Part shown: in pieces, positions 46,501 through 55,317 of the stretch
Layout: every line of letters begins with the position of its first letter
Position numbering within the stretch: position 1 is the stretch's first letter
Virus record (IMG/VR): IMGVR_UViG_3300022602_000026
DNA: 64,000 nt
Direction: 5' to 3' (one strand)
Source: a virus
Lineage: Duplodnaviria; Caudoviricetes
Notes under the pieces: generated by a model
Database searches by the model: none
The model's input: the letters and a program-made list of their open reading frames with translations, nothing else
Told to the model about the DNA's origin: nothing
Translations under genes and position numbers: made by a program

Positions 46501-48699
46501 CCTGCCACAAGCGGTAACGTGGCAACATATACTAATAGTGCACTGAACTACAATCCAAGTACAGGTAATTTGGCATCAACATATTTTGTTGGATCAGGAC
46601 AGTACTTGACCAACCTCAACGTGGGCGCAATTGGACAAGTTCCACAGGCCAACGTGGCATCGTTCTTGAACGAAAGCCCAACTACTTCAGGTAGCACATT
46701 CTATCCGTTTATTGGTAACACTAATGCCACAAACGGTAACAGTGGTATCTTTACTGCTACAAGTCTTAACTATGTTCCTTCAACTGGTACATTGAGTGCA
46801 ACCACATTCAGTGGTGCAGGTACAGGACTAACAGGCACTGCTGCTAGTTTGAGCATTGGCGGGTCGTCTAATTCGGCAACATACGCGACCCAAGCAAGTT
46901 CAGTGGCCATCAATGCAGCAACCACATCAAGCGTATATTATCCTGTATTTGTACCAGCCAACACATCTACTGTTCAATACGAGTATGTAGACGGCAACAA
47001 TTATCTACAATACAATCCTGGTACTGGCAACTTGTCAACCAAGACTGCATACGTCGGAGCCGCTGGCGGAACTACAAGTACCAGTAACGTAACTGGAGCA
47101 CTAGTAGTAAACGGTGGATTAGGTGTAAGCGGTAATATCAATGTTGGATCAGTAACAGCACAACATAATATTATGGGTAACTTGTTAGTGGGCAATGGTA
47201 CAGTTTCTGCATCGGCAGTGACCACACTAGAAGTTAACCAAAATTCAGTTGCACCGTTAAATTCAACTTCGGTAGTACACATCAGTGCCAACAGTGGCAC
47301 AGTTGGTAAAGTCAGTTTAGATTCGTTTGGTAATGCATCGGTCTTTATTGCTAGACGAGCCGACGGAACATCAGCAAGTCCAACAGCTGCACAGTCAGGC
47401 GATATTCTAGGCGGATTCCTCATGCGAGGTTATGGATCCACTGGATTCAATTTACAACCTGCACCTCAAAGTACTGGTATGGTAGCAAGTGCATCTCAAC
47501 TGTTTACAGACACTGCACAAGGTACCGTATTAAACCTAATCACAGTTCCTACCAATAGTAATCTTGGTGTTAGTGCATTAACAATCAGCAGTGGTAGTGC
47601 TGCTGGGTATGCAGGTACAGTGGCAGTAACATCAAATACACAACCAACAAGCTCATCAACTGGCGCATTTACTGTAGTTGGCGGTGCTGGCATCCAGGGT
47701 AATTTGAATATTGGAAATGCAGCAATATTCAACAGCAGTCAAGGAACTGGTAACGACTTTATTGTACGTGGCAAAAACGATGCTACATTGATTTGGGCAC
47801 GTCCAAATACCAGCTACGATACAGTTATTATTGGTAACAGTGCAACTGCAAGTAACTATGTTGGTGGTGCTAAACTAAACATCAACACCACAGATTCAAT
47901 ATTGTTGCCGGTTGGTACTACTGCACAACGTCCGGGCAGTGCTGGATTTAGTGATGTAACTGGTATGTTGCGTTATAGCACAACACAAGGCGCAATTGAG
48001 TGGTACAACGGTACTAGTTGGGCAAGTGCAACTACCAGTTTCACAGTTGTTGCTGATGCTCAGTTTACTGGTACAGGAAGCCAAACAATATTTACATTAC
48101 CAAGTAGTCAAACTACCAACAGTTGTCTTGTAAGTATTAACGGTGTTATGCAAATACCAACCACATCTTACTCGGTCAGCGGAACAACTTTAACATTCAC
48201 AGAAGCTCCTTTGAACACTGACGTTATTGATGTACGCATGATAACAACAACTGCAACAGTTAACCAGTTATATGATACAAGTGGTTATAACACAGTCAAT
48301 ACTATTACTGGTGTGGGTATTACATTTACAACTGGTACGGCAGCGGCCACTACTCAGTACACAATTAACACTTCAGGTGCAATTGCAAGTACAGTGGCAA
48401 ACGTTACAATCTCAACTGCAAGTACACCAACTACAGTTGATAGTTTCTTTGCCAATACTTATAGTACCGCAAAGTACATTTTAACCAGTACATTTGCCGG
48501 AGTAAAAGAAGCAACAGAAGTGTTAGTGGTTACTAACGGTTCAGTAGCAAACGTTGTAACATATGGTACAATTAATACTGCCGGAAATGCTTTAACAAGT
48601 TGGAGCGCAACAATGTCAGGCAATATTGTTCAACTACAGGGTACAACAACAAATAATGGTACTGTAATTAGAATGACTAAACAGTATAACGCAAACTAA
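43519..48699 (+). CDS. Very long tail-fibre-like protein
   Basis: 1726 aa with many LNAATIGN and STSTGAL.V.GG.GI repeats; a 39-bp exact repeat at 44431-44469 and 44581-44619. Confidence 0.75.
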   Translation: MAITQTQIVDYLNKKVGYGVAKTDTSTAKYPFNESIASPLLVPGATILQQDFAIPNVSSAPSANTVLNGSTIVSVYNTSTSAVVQGTSLSESVTNETWSTGITNWIPPSFGSGYQLKIYAGPPGASVSTAATYTNLPVAGSGNSDSWFFDYQSGILNFADTNVPTAAANVSNVVYFMGAVYTGTLGITNYANLSVTGNLTSINGNIVLTNGNITAANHIGTGNVTAANLVATSGIYGTFYGTVYGQSGSSSVGNVSYFVNEATTTTNATYYPLIGNTGGVTSGNTGVFTNSSLGYNPSTGTLFTNTLNAATIGNTGAAISGATLNLTSTASIGGTATVNALTSNGAVSGTTGTFNTLNAATIGNTGATLTGTLSTAAQTNITSVGTLTGLTVAGTEAVTTLNATTVNAATIGNASAVLTGATGTFSSWANVTGATQSTSASTGALIVAGGAGIGANLFVGGNATIAGNLQVNGTLTYLNTTTTQISGTEIVAGVIQANSGTASTSTTTGALQVLGGAGITGAVYAGSIQNTPIGSTTASSGSFTTLGTSGLVSLNNTTPNTGSGTGALQVSGGAYIAGNLFVGGNINLSQANVSVFTGNSGQFFGNAAGYGALYAGIPIGYVADPYTVTQITANFNNYAGVVTGQNLNSGPLASADIFLTPNNGTFNDTYLDMGIASSTYNYPGYSLIGANDAYLFNWGNATTGGGNLIVGTGTANDIIFAVQGINTNNEVMRITRANVVAIKSTVSASSTSTGALTVAGGVGVTGAIYAGSIQNTPIGSTTASTGVFTTVTTPTVNATNINSATIGNTGATITGAIVTATTSVTTATVSATSVYASTIGNSAAALTGATLNASTSVTTATVNATTVNATNVNGATIGNTGAVLTGATVTATTSVTTPTVTATTLNAATIGNTGAALTGSTLTASTSVTTATVNATNVNSATIGNIGASIVGNGGFLSNLIAANVVGTVTTANVAYYNNVATASSNATYYVDFAPATSGNVATYTNSALNYNPSTGNLASTYFVGSGQYLTNLNVGAIGQVPQANVASFLNESPTTSGSTFYPFIGNTNATNGNSGIFTATSLNYVPSTGTLSATTFSGAGTGLTGTAASLSIGGSSNSATYATQASSVAINAATTSSVYYPVFVPANTSTVQYEYVDGNNYLQYNPGTGNLSTKTAYVGAAGGTTSTSNVTGALVVNGGLGVSGNINVGSVTAQHNIMGNLLVGNGTVSASAVTTLEVNQNSVAPLNSTSVVHISANSGTVGKVSLDSFGNASVFIARRADGTSASPTAAQSGDILGGFLMRGYGSTGFNLQPAPQSTGMVASASQLFTDTAQGTVLNLITVPTNSNLGVSALTISSGSAAGYAGTVAVTSNTQPTSSSTGAFTVVGGAGIQGNLNIGNAAIFNSSQGTGNDFIVRGKNDATLIWARPNTSYDTVIIGNSATASNYVGGAKLNINTTDSILLPVGTTAQRPGSAGFSDVTGMLRYSTTQGAIEWYNGTSWASATTSFTVVADAQFTGTGSQTIFTLPSSQTTNSCLVSINGVMQIPTTSYSVSGTTLTFTEAPLNTDVIDVRMITTTATVNQLYDTSGYNTVNTITGVGITFTTGTAAATTQYTINTSGAIASTVANVTISTASTPTTVDSFFANTYSTAKYILTSTFAGVKEATEVLVVTNGSVANVVTYGTINTAGNALTSWSATMSGNIVQLQGTTTNNGTVIRMTKQYNAN

Positions 48700-48706
48700 T
48701 AGTGAT

Positions 48707-48735
48707 AGTTAGGGGAGGATGGGCTTTCCCTAACT
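48707..48735 (+). terminator. Hairpin between fibre genes (terminator/attenuator candidate)
   Basis: AGTTAGGGGAG (48707-17) pairs with TTTCCCTAACT (48725-35), including G-U pairs; T-rich tract downstream. Confidence 0.45.
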
Positions 48736-48779
48736 TAGTTTAATTTTTTCGTGGATAGTGAAACGAAAAGGAAGAGAAA

Positions 48780-50756
48780 ATGGCAAATAATAATTTTATA
48801 GTACAAAACGGATTGAGTGTTGGGGGAGCAGCAGGGGCAAATATCAGTGTTGATCCTGTATCGGGAGCAATGTATATTATTCCGGCAGCAACAACCGCAA
48901 TACCAAATCCAACAGCAATGGTGTTTACCAGCAACGGAACAATTACCACAGTCACAACAGTGGCCGGCGTGGCCAACGTGGCCAATATTGCCACAGCTGC
49001 AAACATTGCATCAGCAGGAACAGGCTTAACAACTTTTTCTAATATCACAGTTGGTAACATTTATGTCAATGGATCAACTGGCACAAACGGACAGCTTCTA
49101 AGCTCAAACGGTGCTGGATTGTCTTGGGTTACCTTGAGTGCAAGTAGCATAAGTAATGGCACCAGTAATGTTATAGTAAATTCTGGTAATATCACAATTG
49201 GCGTAAATGGAAATCAAGTTTGGACGGTAAACCCATCTGCCGTAACTATTTCCGGTAACGTAAATATTCCAACACAATTGACTACCACTACATTAGTTGC
49301 AAACGTCGGTACATTAAATGTTGGCGGCAACATCAATTACGGCCCAGACTATGGTTTGGTAGCTTCGTTTGTGTCCAACATTGCCGGCTATAACTATGTT
49401 GCTGTACAGAATTTAAGCGCAACTGGAAATGCTAGTTCTAGTTTTACTGCTTACAACAACACAGGTACCAGCTATATTGATGTGGGTGTTAATAGCAGTG
49501 CTTTTAATGCGGTTGCTAGCGGATTTGTCAACAACGCATTAAACACAGCAAATGCCAGTTATGCTTACGCTTATGGTGGTGATATGGTTGTGGGTACTTG
49601 GAACAACAACGGGATTCACTTTATTACCAATGCTGTGACCACTGCTGGTGACAGCATGTACATTGCCGGTAACGGCAACGTGTACATTTCGGGTAACTTG
49701 ACAGTGAGTGGTAATACTAACTTTACTTACACCACTACCAACTTTGTAACAGAAAGTGCAAACTTGGTTCAAACGGCATATTTGGCCGGTAACGCATCTA
49801 CTAATAGTAGTACAATCACATTAAATAATAACATAGTGCCAAATGGTAACACAACAATTAATTTGGGTTCAGGCACTGCTTATTACGGCACAACTTACAC
49901 AGGCCAATTGACGGCAAATACGGTAACTGCAACTTCGTTGGGCGGGACGCTAACCACTGCAAGTCAACCAAATATTACAACACTCGCTGGTGTTACATCA
50001 ATTGGTGCAAGTAGCAGTACAACATTAACGGGTACTCTGCAAACTGCAAGCCAGCCAAATATTACTACATTAGCTGGTGTTACATCAATTGGTGCAAGTA
50101 GCAGTACAACATTAACAGGTACATTGCAAACCGCAAGTCAACCAAATATTACAACACTCGCTGGTGTTACATCAATTGGTGCAAGTAGCAGTACAACATT
50201 AACGGGTACTCTGCAAACTGCAAGTCAAACCAATATTACAGCAGTTGGTACCCTGGCTGGATTGACTGTGAGCGCAGCAATTGTGCCTAATGCCAATACA
50301 TCAGTTAACTTGGGTAGTACCAGTGTTTGGTGGAACAACATATACGGTGTAACTTTTGTAGGCACATCAACCAGCGCAAAATACGCTGACTTGGCAGAGA
50401 ATTATCAAGCCGACAAGTTCTACAATCCCGGAACAGTATTGATGTTTGGAGGAGCCAACGAAGTCACATTGGCCGACGCAGATACCACTCGAGTTGCTGG
50501 GGTAGTTTCTACCAATCCAGCCCACTTGATGAACGGTGGATTGAACGGTGCATCAGTAGCAGCAGTGGCCCTGATGGGACGTGTTCCTTGTAATGTGGTC
50601 GGGCCAGTTGCCAAAGGCGATTTGATGGTATCGGCCGGATTTGGATTTGCTAAAGTTAATAACAATGCTCAACCCGGGCAAGTAATTGGTAAAGCACTTG
50701 CCGACTTCCCAATCGCAGCAAAAGGTGTTATTGAAGTGGTTGTGGGTAGATTATAA
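48780..50756 (+). CDS. Fibre protein with three 29-aa repeats and a C-terminal intramolecular-chaperone-like domain
   Basis: TASQPNITTLAGVTSIGASSSTTLTGTLQ x3; C-terminal AKYADLAENY…GVVST.PA.LMN…VALMGRVPC.V.G…KGD pattern of auto-cleaved chaperone domains. Confidence 0.75.
   Translation: MANNNFIVQNGLSVGGAAGANISVDPVSGAMYIIPAATTAIPNPTAMVFTSNGTITTVTTVAGVANVANIATAANIASAGTGLTTFSNITVGNIYVNGSTGTNGQLLSSNGAGLSWVTLSASSISNGTSNVIVNSGNITIGVNGNQVWTVNPSAVTISGNVNIPTQLTTTTLVANVGTLNVGGNINYGPDYGLVASFVSNIAGYNYVAVQNLSATGNASSSFTAYNNTGTSYIDVGVNSSAFNAVASGFVNNALNTANASYAYAYGGDMVVGTWNNNGIHFITNAVTTAGDSMYIAGNGNVYISGNLTVSGNTNFTYTTTNFVTESANLVQTAYLAGNASTNSSTITLNNNIVPNGNTTINLGSGTAYYGTTYTGQLTANTVTATSLGGTLTTASQPNITTLAGVTSIGASSSTTLTGTLQTASQPNITTLAGVTSIGASSSTTLTGTLQTASQPNITTLAGVTSIGASSSTTLTGTLQTASQTNITAVGTLAGLTVSAAIVPNANTSVNLGSTSVWWNNIYGVTFVGTSTSAKYADLAENYQADKFYNPGTVLMFGGANEVTLADADTTRVAGVVSTNPAHLMNGGLNGASVAAVALMGRVPCNVVGPVAKGDLMVSAGFGFAKVNNNAQPGQVIGKALADFPIAAKGVIEVVVGRL
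49956..50240 (+). repeat. 87-bp tandem repeat, three full copies plus a partial fourth
   Basis: Units start at 49956, 50043, 50130 and 50217; differences are synonymous; copies 1 and 3 are nearly identical. Confidence 0.9.
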
Positions 50757-50772
50757 TACCCAAAACCCCAAG

Positions 50773-50795
50773 AAAAAGGGCCTAGGGCCCTTTTT
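50773..50795 (+). terminator. Rho-independent terminator
   Basis: AAAAA-GGGCC-TAG-GGCCC-TTTTT. Confidence 0.8.
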
Positions 50796-50832
50796 CATTT
50801 GCAATAAATATACAATAACACGGATGTAATAA

Positions 50833-52068
50833 ATGGCTTTAACTCGCCCACTGATTAACAATTTAAATACCAATATTGAAATATTCAATGATACAATAAC
50901 GGTTTTACATGGCAATGCCAGCATAGCCAACAGTGATATTGGTTTGTTAATGAATCGTGCTGGCGGACTTGTGCCAAATGCAGCATTTTATTGGAACGAA
51001 ACCACACAGGCATTTGTTGCAGCCCTGACCTCAAATACCGGGGTGGGCTATAGCAATATAACTGCTACGAGCTATGCCAATATTACTACAGGATCTTTAA
51101 ACGCCAGTAGTGTGACTGCAAGTGGAACAGTTGTGGCCACAGGATTTTATTATCCCAACGGACAAAACGTAAGTGCTGGGTCGGTTAATCTCAGTATCTA
51201 TCTAAATAAAGTTACCGCTACGAATACCGCTTACACATTAGTTGATAGTTTATCAAATGTGGGCAACACCAGTGTGCGTTGGACTGTGTCTAGCAGTGAT
51301 AACATATACTCAAACTTTAAAATGAGTACTATCAATGCAGTAACCAATGGTGCAAACGTTTATTATACCGAATACGGTGTACTGCAAAACAACAATAGTG
51401 CAAACGTTGCTACATTTACCAGTAACGTTTACAATGGATTGATCAGTTTATGGGCGTTGGGCGGAAGCGGTAACGTAACTGTGGCAATTGAACGTGAAAG
51501 TTTGGGCACTGGAATTACCGCAGGATATTTAAGTAGTACAGGGCCACAAGGGGCTCAAGGTAATATAGGCCCAACAGGAACTGTAGCAAACACCACAAGT
51601 TGGATTGTGACTACAAATTTAACAACCGCAACCAGCACAACAACTGGAGCATTACAAGTTTCGGGTGGTGCAGGTATTGGGGCAAACTTGTGGGTCGGCG
51701 GCACTATAAACGGTAATGCCGCGGCCGGATCCGCTTATTCAAATGCAGTAGGTTACATTGGATTACCTCAAAATGCACAGTCCAGTAGCTACACGTTGGC
51801 GTTGACTGACCAAGGCGAACAAATTTATTTAAGTTCTACTGCAAACGTAACTATACCAGCAAACGCCACCGTGGCGTTCCCCGTTGGTACAACAATCAAC
51901 ATTATCACAGGGCCCACTGCCACTGCCAACGTATTAATAAATTCTGACACACTATACTTAGGTGGAATTGGTACTACAGGTACTCGAACACTGTCAACTT
52001 ATGCAATGGCCACATTGGTCAAGGTTGGTACTACTTCTTGGTACATTGGCGGAACTGGAGTTAGTTAA
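50833..52068 (+). CDS. Fibre protein
   Basis: 411 aa with the STTTGALQVSGGAGIGANL module, a short collagen-like GPQGAQGNIGPTG and a C-terminal beta-domain. Confidence 0.7.
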   Translation: MALTRPLINNLNTNIEIFNDTITVLHGNASIANSDIGLLMNRAGGLVPNAAFYWNETTQAFVAALTSNTGVGYSNITATSYANITTGSLNASSVTASGTVVATGFYYPNGQNVSAGSVNLSIYLNKVTATNTAYTLVDSLSNVGNTSVRWTVSSSDNIYSNFKMSTINAVTNGANVYYTEYGVLQNNNSANVATFTSNVYNGLISLWALGGSGNVTVAIERESLGTGITAGYLSSTGPQGAQGNIGPTGTVANTTSWIVTTNLTTATSTTTGALQVSGGAGIGANLWVGGTINGNAAAGSAYSNAVGYIGLPQNAQSSSYTLALTDQGEQIYLSSTANVTIPANATVAFPVGTTINIITGPTATANVLINSDTLYLGGIGTTGTRTLSTYAMATLVKVGTTSWYIGGTGVS

Positions 52069-52763
52069 TGGTTGCTAGTGTATCACGTCCTACTGGCATT
52101 GTAAAGAACGGATTGATATTGAATTTAGATGCCAGCAATACCGCAAGTTATCCCGGAACCGGCACAACCTGGACTGATTTAACCGGCCGTGCAAATGGCA
52201 CAGTTGCTGGTGCAGTGACATGGGTTAATAACGGAAATCAAAGTTATTTTAACTGGGCCACTAAGGGATCGGGCAATTACATCAGCAGTTCAGTAACACA
52301 AAAGTATCTGCATTTTACTATAGTATTTTATCCAGACTTTACATTAAGCAACGATGCTAGTTTAGTTGGTATATTGGGTACCAGTTCAGATTCAACAAAT
52401 TTAGATACCAGTCTAAGATTTGGTGGTGCAAATGGTACAGGGCCGTGGACCATAAATAATCCAGACAATAATGATGGGTACGCAAGTACTGCAATCTCAT
52501 ATTATGTAAACAATCAAGTTTATACCGGATCAGGTAATGTATCGTCAGGATGGAACATACTGTCGGCATATCGAAGCAACCAAACCAAAGCTGCTTGGGG
52601 CGACTCAGGGTCGGGATTTGCCTACTACCTAGGCACAGAAGGATACAGTACAGTCAGAGATTTTCAAGGAAGAATTGCTCTAGTATTGGGATACAATAGA
52701 CAACTTACCGCCGCAGAAAATTTACAAAACTATACTGCGCTTAGAAGTAGGTTTGGGGTATAA
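52068..52763 (+). CDS. LamG/concanavalin-like lectin-domain protein (receptor-binding candidate)
   Basis: GLILNLDASNTASYPGTGTTWTDL…GRIALVLGYNRQLTAAE..QNY, typical of phage LamG-like tips. Confidence 0.7.
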   Translation: MVASVSRPTGIVKNGLILNLDASNTASYPGTGTTWTDLTGRANGTVAGAVTWVNNGNQSYFNWATKGSGNYISSSVTQKYLHFTIVFYPDFTLSNDASLVGILGTSSDSTNLDTSLRFGGANGTGPWTINNPDNNDGYASTAISYYVNNQVYTGSGNVSSGWNILSAYRSNQTKAAWGDSGSGFAYYLGTEGYSTVRDFQGRIALVLGYNRQLTAAENLQNYTALRSRFGV

Positions 52764-52783
52764 ATACATTAACAGGATAACCC

Positions 52784-53536
52784 ATGCAACAAATTAAACG
52801 ACTTTATAGATCAAACTACGCAGGCGAAAATTTTGTCAAATCATTGACTTACGAAAATGCCACTTGGATTCAAGAAAACGAGTACGCACCAAATGCAGTT
52901 ACTAACCTACAGATATCCAACAAGGCCGTGGTGTTGGGCAATGGTATTAGCAGAACCGAACTGTATCCTCAAGGAGACTTGTTTGGTTTATTAAAAAATC
53001 ACAAGGGCGGACTGTTGGCAGCAGGTGCAGTACAAACTTATGGATGTAATGCGATTGTGCGTGATTTTATTCCTGACTTTGTTGTTTGTAATGATGTATT
53101 GGCACATGAAATGGTAAATGATGGTTACTGTGATAAAACCATTGTGTATGGTAATGCCAATATGATTCTAAGTTATCCCGGAAAGTTTTATCTAACCCCG
53201 CAAGATCCCAGCTGGGACATGGGCGCCATTGCAGCATACCTTGCTTGTTTTGACGGTCACACAACAGTTTATTTAATGGGATTTGATTGCCATACCGGGG
53301 AATCATATTACCACATGAATGTTTATTCTGGCACCGACGGGTATCCTGATGTAGCCGAGCCCACTACTGAAGAGTTCTTTAGTCAGACTCTGCAATTGGT
53401 AATGAAAACTTACCCCAATGTGGACTTTGTGCGAGTAACTCCTACGCCAAATTATTACATGCCCGAGCGTTGGAAATATCAACTAAATCTAAGACAAATT
53501 ACTTTTAACGAGTTTGTTAAAGAAGTTGATTTATAA
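52784..53536 (+). CDS. Maf/MptE-like (sialyltransferase-fold) putative glycosyltransferase
   Basis: VVLGNGISR…YGCNA…PDFVV and VYLMGFD motifs; TATAAATA at 52759-66. Confidence 0.5.
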   Translation: MQQIKRLYRSNYAGENFVKSLTYENATWIQENEYAPNAVTNLQISNKAVVLGNGISRTELYPQGDLFGLLKNHKGGLLAAGAVQTYGCNAIVRDFIPDFVVCNDVLAHEMVNDGYCDKTIVYGNANMILSYPGKFYLTPQDPSWDMGAIAAYLACFDGHTTVYLMGFDCHTGESYYHMNVYSGTDGYPDVAEPTTEEFFSQTLQLVMKTYPNVDFVRVTPTPNYYMPERWKYQLNLRQITFNEFVKEVDL

Positions 53537-53959
53537 AACTGTTTCTAGAGTTTTAATTTTATCAATAACACTATTGAACTTGAATGTTCGCCAAACACCG
53601 GGATGTAGGGGTTTGGGGTAATCATCTAAATGCACCCAACAATAACCTCGATGTTCGTTGTTTAAGATAGGCACAAATTCTTCGTCGACATTAATAACAT
53701 AAGTATGGTATTCAAATTTACTCGAGTCACTGGTAAACTTTTCAATTGGAATAAGTTTTGCATCTCGAATCACACCGCCTAACTCTTCAAGTATTTCTCG
53801 ATTCAATCCATCAATCACTGTTTCTCCGGATTCGATTTTACCACCAACCAATCCCCAAGTTCCAGCATAGCTACCGCCGTGGCGTAGTAAAAAAAGATAT
53901 CTGTGAGTTGTTCTACAATAAATTAATGCACCGGCGCTGATTAGATTGACAGATTCCAT
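53531..53959 (-). CDS. Nudix hydrolase
   Basis: Nudix box GGKIESGETVIDGLNREILEELG. Start set at MESVNL (53959); the ORF track extends to 54013. Confidence 0.9.
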   Translation of the reverse strand: MESVNLISAGALIYCRTTHRYLFLLRHGGSYAGTWGLVGGKIESGETVIDGLNREILEELGGVIRDAKLIPIEKFTSDSSKFEYHTYVINVDEEFVPILNNEHRGYCWVHLDDYPKPLHPGVWRTFKFNSVIDKIKTLETVL

Positions 53960-55317
53960 GCTCCTTCGGGGTAGACCCCGTCGTAGCTCTTTGTCCATTG
54001 ATTGTTTTGCCATTTATATTGAATTCCGGTTGTTAGATTAGTTAAGTATTGTAACGTATTAGTGGTCTGGCTGTCAAATACCACACTCCAGTGTTGTCCG
54101 TTGTATTGTATTATGTCATTGGCATGTGCCACTAGATCTTGATTGTCACGACCGCGCCAGGCCAGCGCACCTTCTGGGTTATCAAAATCTCCAATGTCGT
54201 TGATAATTAAATATCTTGTACCAGTTGCCGGGCTAGTCAAGTAACTGCCCACGTTGACATTGCGCGGGTCAATGATGGCATTTATTGCATTTAATGTATT
54301 GGCCGGAGTTGTATTGGTAAACGGACTGTAGATCAACAAACTGGGATCTGTGGGATGATTTGCAACTGTACCAATTATTTCGCTGCCGTTGGATTGTGTT
54401 AGGCGTATTTGACTGCTTCCTGAAATAAATTTACCGTAACGATCCAACAACGGCGCCCAGGACTGTCTAGTGCCAGAAATTACAGTATCGTTGTTGAAGG
54501 CATCATTGGTGGTAACATCGGTACTGTTTAATAATTGTAACGTATTGCCGCTGTCGCTGGTGCTTAACAACACACTATATCCCAATATACTCACAATTGT
54601 TTGCCCTAGACTTTGTAAAGTATCCAAGTCTTGCATATTGGTAATAACCGTTTGAATAACACCCATCTTCTTGACCTTGATGCTGGTGCTTAACCAAATT
54701 GGTAAATCAAAAGTCATTGTGGCAACATCAATGGGTTCTTCACCACCAGTGGGCACAGTTCTACTGCTCCAAGTGATATCGGTTAGTAACACATAGCTCA
54801 GACTGGTCCAATCGATATAGTTGTCGGTGCTTTGCATCTCCATGGCAGGATTAAACAACACACTCAGCTGCTCGATCAATTGCAACTTTTGTTCGGTGTT
54901 ACTGGTCCAAATATCCATCTTGAGAGTCAACTTATAGGGACTGGGCATTAGACGTTCCACAGTGTATGCTTCGCCTTGATTGGCACTGTAAGTTCCAGTT
55001 ACTGGATCAAATTGTCGTTGACGTATCTGCATGGTCTGCACCAAGGTGGGATCTTGTAATCGAGTTTGGTCATAGGTCAATGCATTGATATAAACAGCCA
55101 TTGCCGGGACTGCATTAATTGTATTCTCGCTGTTATTGCGTATAATCTGCGCGACTTGTCTACTGGGATCACCGTACATCACAGGCACACGTTGTAGGCT
55201 AGTAACTCCGTTGCTGTCAGCGCCAAACTCTACATAAAAGTTTGATACCATGCGTATAAATTGACTTATAAAACGACGTATCTGTCCGTCATAAAAATAA
55301 TTGCTAGGATTGCTCAT
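53941..55317 (-). CDS. gp15: Tail terminator / sheath stabiliser, gp15-like, with a C-terminal extension
   Basis: YFYDGQIRRF…QRVPVMYGD…P.MAV…YD..R…MPSPYKL…DIWT….Q..EQ…LFNP. Confidence 0.85.
   Translation of the reverse strand: MSNPSNYFYDGQIRRFISQFIRMVSNFYVEFGADSNGVTSLQRVPVMYGDPSRQVAQIIRNNSENTINAVPAMAVYINALTYDQTRLQDPTLVQTMQIRQRQFDPVTGTYSANQGEAYTVERLMPSPYKLTLKMDIWTSNTEQKLQLIEQLSVLFNPAMEMQSTDNYIDWTSLSYVLLTDITWSSRTVPTGGEEPIDVATMTFDLPIWLSTSIKVKKMGVIQTVITNMQDLDTLQSLGQTIVSILGYSVLLSTSDSGNTLQLLNSTDVTTNDAFNNDTVISGTRQSWAPLLDRYGKFISGSSQIRLTQSNGSEIIGTVANHPTDPSLLIYSPFTNTTPANTLNAINAIIDPRNVNVGSYLTSPATGTRYLIINDIGDFDNPEGALAWRGRDNQDLVAHANDIIQYNGQHWSVVFDSQTTNTLQYLTNLTTGIQYKWQNNQWTKSYDGVYPEGAWNLSI

Noticed and set aside
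44400-47732. Several 80-200 aa minus-strand Val/Ala/Pro-rich ORFs
   Set aside because: Shadows of Thr/Ala/Gly-rich fibre codons, which rarely give stops on the opposite strand.
49956-50240. Tandem repeat as a CRISPR array or DGR template
   Set aside because: Units are contiguous and in frame, with no unique spacers; differences are synonymous rather than adenine-specific; no cas or reverse transcriptase gene in the window.
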